Shown here in pieces: positions 39,777 through 46,352 of a DNA stretch of 64,000 nucleotides. How positions within the stretch are numbered: position 1 is the stretch's first letter; each line of letters begins with the position of its first letter. Origin of the DNA: a virus; IMG/VR virus record IMGVR_UViG_3300027759_000003, positions 45,758 to 109,757 of that record; one strand, written 5' to 3'. The position numbers and the translations under genes were made by a program. A model generated the notes under the pieces. That model saw only the letters and a list, made by a program, of their open reading frames with translations. It searched no databases and was not told the DNA's origin.

Positions 39777-39861
39777 TTATTCAGCCTCAATTTCTGCTAG
39801 GGTTTCCCATAGAATAGGTTCTAGAATTTTTGCAACCTGATCTAATTTATCTTGCAAGTCT

Positions 39862-40158
39862 TTACTCATATAAGTCCTCATCTGCTGGCTCAATGAACCA
39901 CTCTAGGTGTGCGTGTGATACCAATGCGCTGGCGGTAGTCCAAGTGTTGCCCTTCCAACTAATTTGAAAGCCATCAACAACTGGTAATTCTATTCTACGA
40001 GAATAATCCTCCTCATAGTATGCGTCAATAGCCTCAATACATGGCTGAACCATTACTGTTGGTATTGGTGGATAATGATTACCTTGTAAGTGATACTTTA
40101 ATTGTGTTTCTAGGTCTAGCGTTGTATCTGCTAAACCTATTGCTGTTATGCTTCCCAT
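39862..40158 (-). CDS. Conserved phage hypothetical protein
   Basis: HLQGNHYPPIP...HLEWF. Confidence 0.75.
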   Translation of the reverse strand: MGSITAIGLADTTLDLETQLKYHLQGNHYPPIPTVMVQPCIEAIDAYYEEDYSRRIELPVVDGFQISWKGNTWTTASALVSHAHLEWFIEPADEDLYE

Positions 40159-40382
40159 TATTTAATTACGACCTCTCCGTTAGTGTAGAAGGTTTTAGTA
40201 TACATCTTACCTGTTGGGTCAGACAAATTATAGGTTGCGTATTCTTTAGCAAAGCCATAGTCCACGCATTTATCCCAAGCCCTAACTGCTTCTAGCATAT
40301 CGCTAACTCGCAGGGTATGAATTAACTCTCCATCATATGAAGTAGTAAGTGAATAAGTATATTCCATTAGTTTAGTTTCCAA
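40158..40382 (-). CDS. Hypothetical protein
   Basis: ORF track. Confidence 0.65.
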   Translation of the reverse strand: METKLMEYTYSLTTSYDGELIHTLRVSDMLEAVRAWDKCVDYGFAKEYATYNLSDPTGKMYTKTFYTNGEVVIK

Positions 40383-40556
40383 TCCATTAGTTCGTCAGCA
40401 GATATAGCGTAAGGATTACACTCGCAAGGCTCACTATCAAAGTCTACATTATTTCCTTGATATATCCAACCATAGCCGTAGCAGTATTCGTGCTCTAGTA
40501 TATCCATTAGTGCTTCTTTTACTTTACCCATTTGTTCCTTCTTTCTTTATATCTTT

Positions 40557-40578
40557 ATCCTATCAGATACAACTGACA
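40557..40578 (-). promoter_or_regulatory. PafBC/RecA-NDp-type promoter
   Basis: TGTCAG-N10-TAGGAT. Confidence 0.7.
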
Positions 40579-40678
40579 AAATCCAATTAGACGCCTTAAT
40601 CTGGGGAATTTAGGGTGTGATCTTAACCACACGTAAAGGTCATGTATAGATTGCGACACGCCGCCTGCGCCGGGTTTT

Positions 40679-40694
40679 TCGAACAAATGTTTGA
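40679..40694. promoter_or_regulatory. LexA (actinobacterial SOS) box-like site
   Basis: TCGAAC-aaat-GTTTGA, one mismatch to TCGAAC-N4-GTTCGA. Confidence 0.55.
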
Positions 40695-40716
40695 GCAGTT
40701 TTTATTCTTGCTCAGG
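40692..40716 (-). ncRNA. Conserved 3'-UTR hairpin motif
   Basis: CC-TGAGCA-AG-AATAA-AAAC-TGCTCA. Confidence 0.65.
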
Positions 40717-40877
40717 AATTTTTATTTATACTTTAAATGCTTTACGCAATTCATTTCGCAATCTGCGAATTTCTTTTTGTTGTGCAATATTTTGTTTCCA
40801 AAATAAACCCATAACAGTTAAGCAACCAAGTAGCGCAATTATTATTGCAATCACATCTAAATTAGTTATCATTTGTT

Positions 40878-41087
40878 TTACCCCTTCCACATTTCAGAGC
40901 CAACAGGAATTAAACCAATTTCATCAATTCCGCAAGCCTTTTCAAATCTTGCAAAATCAAAGTTTTCATTATCTGATTGAAACCAATCCGCAAATTCTTG
41001 AATTAAATCTTCATAAGTATTTTGTGGAATTTCATCTACAAAACTTTTTAGAATGTTTGCGGTTTTGATGTAGTCTTTTCTAGTCAT
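40878..41087 (-). CDS. Conserved small phage protein
   Basis: MTRKDY...DNENFDFARFEKAC family. Confidence 0.75.
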   Translation of the reverse strand: MTRKDYIKTANILKSFVDEIPQNTYEDLIQEFADWFQSDNENFDFARFEKACGIDEIGLIPVGSEMWKG

Positions 41088-41235
41088 TAGTCAGCCTCTT
41101 TCGTAGTAAATAAAGTGCCTAGTGCAAAGTTTTTACATTCGCACTTTTCTACATCATAGGCAAGATTATCTCCCCAAAAAATATAACCTGCGCCATTACA
41201 TTCATCACACTTAAAAGTCATTACGCTACTAATCA

Positions 41236-41421
41236 TTATGCTAACGCCTTTCCTCTAAGTGTGCCACGAACACCCAACACATCACAAGCAATTTTTACAG
41301 ATACGCCAACAGGTAATTGGTTTGGGTAAGTGTTTATGAATTGAGCAACCGCACCCTGAGAAGGTAGGTTGATATTTTTTACAGCACCATTAAAGGTTTC
41401 TAGTTTTACAGTATAAGTCAT
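41236..41421 (-). CDS. Small protein, paralog of 43416-43610
   Basis: VKLETFNG...FINTYPNQLPVG..RGK. Confidence 0.7.
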   Translation of the reverse strand: MTYTVKLETFNGAVKNINLPSQGAVAQFINTYPNQLPVGVSVKIACDVLGVRGTLRGKALA

Positions 41422-41454
41422 TTCTGACCACCTTTCGTTTTTGTTTGAGTTATT

Positions 41455-41476
41455 ATTCTATCAATTATCGCTGACA
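41455..41476 (-). promoter_or_regulatory. PafBC/RecA-NDp-type promoter
   Basis: TGTCAG-N10-TAGAAT; perfect CRP box upstream at 41505-41520. Confidence 0.7.
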
Positions 41477-41625
41477 TTTTCCAATTATAGGGGGTGTGTT
41501 GGAGTGTGAGTTGCCTCACATCTCCTTTATATTAGCCTGATGATAAGCAAGGGTTATCTCCTCGCCATACTCGGCTACTAGGTCGGCATAGACCTCATCT
41601 AGATAGTTAAGGTAATCAGACATTA

Positions 41626-41826
41626 TTAACCTACCTGAACCGCTACGGTGCGGAAAGTATTGTTAATGCGACCTTCATCTATTTCTACAAAATAGGCTTC
41701 AGTATTATCACCATACCAAAGAGCACCCTTAGATTTTTCTGCGGAAATAATTGTTCCGTCAGTTAAGGATTTAGATGAATAAGATTTACCAATTAGCAAA
41801 TCTTCTATTGTGTATAAGTTAGCCAT
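41626..41826 (-). CDS. Hypothetical protein
   Basis: AAGGA RBS. Confidence 0.7.
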   Translation of the reverse strand: MANLYTIEDLLIGKSYSSKSLTDGTIISAEKSKGALWYGDNTEAYFVEIDEGRINNTFRTVAVQVG

Positions 41827-41863
41827 TGTTAGCCACTTCCTTTCGTTATTTTCTTACTCCGTA

Positions 41864-41885
41864 AGTCTATCAGAATTAACAGACA
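41864..41885 (-). promoter_or_regulatory. PafBC/RecA-NDp-type promoter
   Basis: TGTCTG-N10-TAGACT. Confidence 0.65.
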
Positions 41886-41893
41886 TTTACAAC

Positions 41894-42005
41894 CTACTAG
41901 CCAGTAATCTCAAATAATAAGACGCTCAAACTGTGTGAGAAAAATCACATCGTACGTAAGTTATCCACAGGCTGTGGACGACACGCCATGCGTGCCGGGT
42001 TTTTT
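41894..42005. promoter_or_regulatory. Dense operator block (two palindromes, CRP box, paired DnaA boxes, GACAC, GCCGGGTTTTT)
   Basis: TGTGA-N6-TCACA 41934-41949; TTATCCACA 41961-41969; TGTGGACGA 41973-41981; GACACGCC 41980-41987. Confidence 0.7.
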
Positions 42006-42036
42006 GCAGAGTTTTTATTTCTGCAAAAATTTTTTA

Positions 42037-42153
42037 TTAGTTAAATTTATCTAATAAAATTTGTTTAACAATTTCTAATTGCGCTTCGGTTAAATTAGTT
42101 AATTCAACTGCGTTTTCAAATTGCTTAGTTATGCTTTCTGTATTATTTTGCAT
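42037..42153 (-). CDS. Small protein (38 aa)
   Basis: MQNNTESITKQFENAVELTNLTEAQLEIVKQIL; AAGG RBS. Confidence 0.5.
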   Translation of the reverse strand: MQNNTESITKQFENAVELTNLTEAQLEIVKQILLDKFN

Positions 42154-42265
42154 TTTTATGTTTTACCTTTCTACTATATTTTTTTTTATTTGGAATTGGT
42201 GTTGCCGCATTACTACGGCGCAATTCTTGAATACGAATAATTTTGTTTTTTATTTCTTTTAACAT
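42143..42265 (-). CDS. Small basic peptide (40 aa) with ArfA-like C-terminus
   Basis: RIQELRRSNAATPIPNKKKYSRKVKHK. Confidence 0.55.
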   Translation of the reverse strand: MLKEIKNKIIRIQELRRSNAATPIPNKKKYSRKVKHKNAK

Positions 42266-42698
42266 TTTATTATTCCCAACAATTAGAGCAAGTAATTATA
42301 TCTTGCTCATCAAAAAATTCGCTAGAAACTTTTTCATTACATAGACGACAATTAAGAGTTATCATTTATATTCTCCTTTTAAGATAAGTTCATCTAGCAT
42401 TTTTGCTAGAGGGTCTATCTGCTCGTCAGCAAGATAGTTAGTTAATTCTAAATCTTTTACAAAGTTTATCATTTACTTACCTACCTTCCATGAAGACCAA
42501 TAAGATAGCAATTCGCTATCCTCAATATAGTGAGAATAAATATTCTGCTCACAATTTTCGCAGAAACTATATTTCATATCATTTACGATAGATGTCGCTA
42601 ATAGATTAGCGGTGTGCTTACACACTTTGTTTAGTAGTGAATTCATTTTGAATTCCTTTCTTTAAGAGATTTACTTATTGTTCAATCTTTATACTAGA

Positions 42699-42720
42699 AG
42701 TATAACAGCGACCACTGACA
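42699..42720 (-). promoter_or_regulatory. PafBC/RecA-NDp-type promoter
   Basis: TGTCAGtg-N8-TATACT, matches TGTCRgtg-N8-TAnnnT. Confidence 0.75.
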
Positions 42721-42760
42721 TTTACTGACCAGTAGGTAGGACAAAACGGACATTGTGTCT

Positions 42761-42826
42761 TGTGATGTAGGTCATGTGGATAACTTGAGCGTGAAATGGG
42801 TATGTGATCTACGTCATGTGGATAAC
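42761..42826. repeat. Duplicated 24-bp composite CRP-like/DnaA element
   Basis: TGTGATGTAGGTCATGTGGATAAC (42761-42784) and TGTGATCTACGTCATGTGGATAAC (42803-42826). Confidence 0.85.
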
Positions 42827-42922
42827 CCTCTCAGACACACCCGACCGAGCCGGGTTGCATGTCCGATATGTCCGATATGTCGTGTGGTATATATCACTAA
42901 TTACATGCGTGTTATTTACGGC

Positions 42923-42959
42923 GTGTCGTGTTGACTTTTGGGGTTATCCCTGCTATAAT
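42923..42959 (+). promoter_or_regulatory. Promoter TTGACT-17-(TGC)TATAAT with GTGTC (WhiA-type) motif next to -35
   Basis: GTGTC 42923-42927, -35 42931-42936, -10 42954-42959. Confidence 0.75.
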
Positions 42960-43060
42960 TCCATTATAGAAAATTAAATATAGAATTATTTAGGGGCGTG
43001 AGCCTAGCAAGTAAATGTGAGACAAATCACAGTGAGCCTAGCAAATAACCCCCCCTAAAT

Positions 43061-43082
43061 TGTCAGCCCCCCCTGCTAGAAT
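43061..43082 (+). promoter_or_regulatory. PafBC/RecA-NDp-type promoter
   Basis: tTGTCAG-N10-TAGAAT; perfect CRP box at 43016-43031. Confidence 0.7.
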
Positions 43083-43415
43083 TGCAGGTATAGAAAGAAA
43101 GTCTCTTGAAAGGAGAACTACAAATGATAAACAATAACCCTAACAATCCCCTTATTTCGGATATTAGAAAAGCCCAACAGGCTCGCTATGACCGAGAGGA
43201 TCAGAGTATCCTTGAAGCGTTAAATCAGGCTAACGCCTATCTATCTGCTCAATACAATTTAGATGAGGAGGTTAAGTAGTTATGGAACTATTTTTAGACT
43301 TAGATGGTTTTGGTTTATATGCCGAGAGCATTGCCTTAGCAGTAGAGATACCAACATGGTTGTTGGTTGGCACTATTGCGTTCATTTATTCAATTAAATT
43401 GATTAGGAGAGACAA

Positions 43416-43610
43416 GTGATACCAGTAAAACTAACAACAGTTAACGGCTCGGTGGCAGACATGCCATTTACAAGCAAAGAAAAAATACTAGAGTTTATTG
43501 ATCAATACTCTAACGCATTACCAATTGGCACAGCAGTAAACATTGACGCACCGCTAGTTGGTATTCACTCAGGTTGGATACAAGGACGCAAGGCTACTGC
43601 TAACGCATAG
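43416..43610 (+). CDS. Small protein, paralog of 41236-41421
   Basis: VKLTTVNG...FIDQYSNALPIG..QGRK. Confidence 0.7.
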   Translation: MIPVKLTTVNGSVADMPFTSKEKILEFIDQYSNALPIGTAVNIDAPLVGIHSGWIQGRKATANA

Positions 43611-43616
43611 ACTATA

Positions 43617-43654
43617 TGGTGAGCATGCCTGCAGTGTGCTCACTATTTTTTTTT
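43617..43654 (+). terminator. Intrinsic terminator
   Basis: TGGTGAGCAT/GTGCTCACTA stem plus T9. Confidence 0.8.
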
Positions 43655-44606
43655 ATTATATTATTTTTAAACATGTATCGTACATCTAAGAAAAATATTC
43701 AGATTTTGTCAAAATGAAAATTTTTTCAGATTTCCAGGGTATAGGGTATAATCAATATATGTGCCAACACGTATATAGATACACAGGTTCTGGGCTATGC
43801 GGATATTGTGGTTTGGAAACTCATGATCCTGATTGGGTCAAGATAAATAAAATATACGCAGAGTACAAAGAAAAAGTCGGGTACTTCTACAATTCGACAA
43901 CCTGGTGGTCTATATGATAGAATATATGGATGCATTTACTAGGACTAGAAATTCGACGGGATCGTAGAGAAAAACAATACTCTATGAAGACCTGTTTTGG
44001 CTGTGGCAAAATACTCTGGGTAGCCAAAGCAAACATCAGAGCATATAACTATTGCGGTAGTTGTAAGTAATGCCATTCTTAGAAAACCTCGAAACCTCCA
44101 TAGCCGATGATGATGGTATGCCCAATAACGAAAAAGTTATAAACAATGGTTTGGCATTAAAAGTTTTTGAAGAAGAGGTTTGTGATCATTGTTCTTGCAA
44201 AACCACGGTAACTAATGAAATGATTGAATCCCAAACCTCATTTGAGGAATAATGAATTACTTAGTTCACACAGATCCATACAATCACTTAGATAGAGGTT
44301 TGTTAATTCTTGCAATTTTGGCAGGTATAACAATTATCGCCTGGTATTTTAAAAGATAACCACCTGGTTATTTATTATATTTATTAAACAACCTTATTAC
44401 ACCATACCCCATACACACACATATACCAAACCACAGTATTCCCATATATCAATTATATCACTATAGCCGCATAGAAGGTTTGACAGTTACTACACCATAG
44501 TGACTATGTATTAGTCATATTAGGTGGGAGAAGGTTTGTTATCTCTATTTTTCGGCTTCGTTAATTCCCGCCGAAATTTAAAATAAATAATGTTATAATT
44601 GGATTC

Positions 44607-44831
44607 ATGACAACTCAAGACTGGGCAGGAATGATTTTAACTTTATTGTCCATAATTGCAATTGTTGGAGTGGGCGTAAGATGGATTGTTAAAAAATACG
44701 TAGAAGATATTGTTTACGAAATGAAGCCCAATAATGGATCCTCGATGAAGGACCAAATTACAAGATTAGAAGAGAAGACTGAAAAAATTTTTGACTTAAT
44801 GATCGAACATTTAAAAAATCATTCTAAATAA
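44607..44831 (+). CDS. Small membrane protein with coiled-coil tail
   Basis: TM segment then EMKPNNGSSMKDQITRLE, a common actinophage membrane family. Confidence 0.75.
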   Translation: MTTQDWAGMILTLLSIIAIVGVGVRWIVKKYVEDIVYEMKPNNGSSMKDQITRLEEKTEKIFDLMIEHLKNHSK

Positions 44832-45101
44832 CTATATATAAAGATATCTTAAAAACCTATTTACAGTATATTCTTTTCTTTATATATTTTAAGTATACAC
44901 CATAACTTCTGGATTTTTCGAACTTTATGCCAAACCTTTATAACGGTTCAATAACAATTTTTATATATCTGGATTATAACGATTTGTTATAAATATAATG
45001 TGTGTTAATATATAATGTTATAATTTGAGTGCTGCCCCTAGGTTGCCCCCACCCCCCACTGCGCCTAGGGGTTAGCATATTTTATGGTATAATCAAATAT
45101 T

Positions 45102-45503
45102 ATGTGCGTATCTACAATTGAAAAATATGGCGCAACACCAGCCAACATACAGTGGACAGTAGTCCGTGGAGATAGTGCAACCCTAAAGGTAGAGTTTTTT
45201 GAAGATGACGAAACCACACCATACGACACCTCAGACTGGACATATAGCGCTACATCCTATGATTCCAATGGAGATGTTTTAGATGAACTTATTACTACCC
45301 CCGAAGATGGGTATGTTGAAATTTTTGCTCCAGCAAGTATTACTGAAAATTGGGGTGGTACTAAATACCGCTCAATTGTTGCCGAACTACAGTTTGATTT
45401 ACAAATAGTAATTGAGGGCGGTAGTGGTCAAAATGCAGACACCGTATGGACTCCAGTAATTGGAACCATATGTGTACTAGGTGATATAACTCCAGGTCTA
45501 TAA
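45102..45503 (+). CDS. Virion structural protein (BppU-N-like beta-sandwich)
   Basis: WTVVRGDSATLKVEF...FDLQI; paralogous to 46353 and 59442. Confidence 0.65.
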   Translation: MCVSTIEKYGATPANIQWTVVRGDSATLKVEFFEDDETTPYDTSDWTYSATSYDSNGDVLDELITTPEDGYVEIFAPASITENWGGTKYRSIVAELQFDLQIVIEGGSGQNADTVWTPVIGTICVLGDITPGL

Positions 45504-45596
45504 TGCCAATAGTAAAAATATCAGCAAAAAAAGATAACCTTCCACCAATTGTTAAAATTGGTAAAAAAGTATTTAAAGTAAAGAAATAACTCTGCC

Positions 45597-46328
45597 ATGG
45601 CTAAAAGCATGGACTTCCCAGACGTTTCAAAAAAGAAAAAATACTCCGAAGCAGTACAAGGCACCCAAGAATTAAATACACAGTATATTGCTGTTCCTGG
45701 AATCCAAGGTGAAAAAGGTGAAACTGGACCAAAGGGTGAAAAAGGTGATCAAGGTATACAAGGTTTAAAAGGAGAAAAAGGGGATAGAGGTCCCGAAGGT
45801 CCACAAGGACAGCGAGGAGAGCCAGGTAAGGGTGCAGAAGGCTATGACAGCGTATCTGGTCAATATCCAGGATGGGCATATTATAGGAATAAAAATTTAA
45901 GTGAAGTTAGGCTTGGTCCAGAAAGAGGGGATGACGGATGGGTATCTATAAATTTTATGAAAGACGAAGAAACATCTAATGAGATCTATATGCCAATCGG
46001 TGCAAATACTTTATGGAATAATGAATCAAAAAATTTTAACTTTAAAGCCTTAAAAATTGGAGCAAAGGTAGATGTAAGATATGACTTTACTATAACTACT
46101 TATATGAATAATACAGAGGTTTGGGCTAGGTTATTTGTTCCAGATTATAGCAACTCTCCAATAGGATATGTTTCAACTCTAAAATATCAATACTCATACG
46201 ATATGTCATATAACCAAACCATATATCTAGATGCTCAAAGAATTAGAACACTAGGTGGAGCAATTCAATTCAGGGCAGATAATGAAAGTAATATAGTTCT
46301 AAATGGTATCTATATTGCTGTTTGTTAA
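45597..46328 (+). CDS. Collagen-like fibre protein
   Basis: About 15 consecutive Gly-X-Y triplets followed by a globular C-terminal domain. Confidence 0.85.
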   Translation: MAKSMDFPDVSKKKKYSEAVQGTQELNTQYIAVPGIQGEKGETGPKGEKGDQGIQGLKGEKGDRGPEGPQGQRGEPGKGAEGYDSVSGQYPGWAYYRNKNLSEVRLGPERGDDGWVSINFMKDEETSNEIYMPIGANTLWNNESKNFNFKALKIGAKVDVRYDFTITTYMNNTEVWARLFVPDYSNSPIGYVSTLKYQYSYDMSYNQTIYLDAQRIRTLGGAIQFRADNESNIVLNGIYIAVC

Positions 46329-46352
46329 TGGTATAATGGATCAGGAGGACTA

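Noticed and set aside
35639-40716. TGAGCA hairpins as CRISPR repeats, attC sites or hammerhead ribozymes
   Set aside because: Dispersed rather than regularly spaced, no cas or integrase gene in the window, no GTTRRRY cores, and no CUGANGA/GAAA three-way junction
42998-43044. GTGAGCCTAGCAA repeats as IdeR/DtxR boxes
   Set aside because: Only the centre resembles the 19-bp consensus; the flanks do not match
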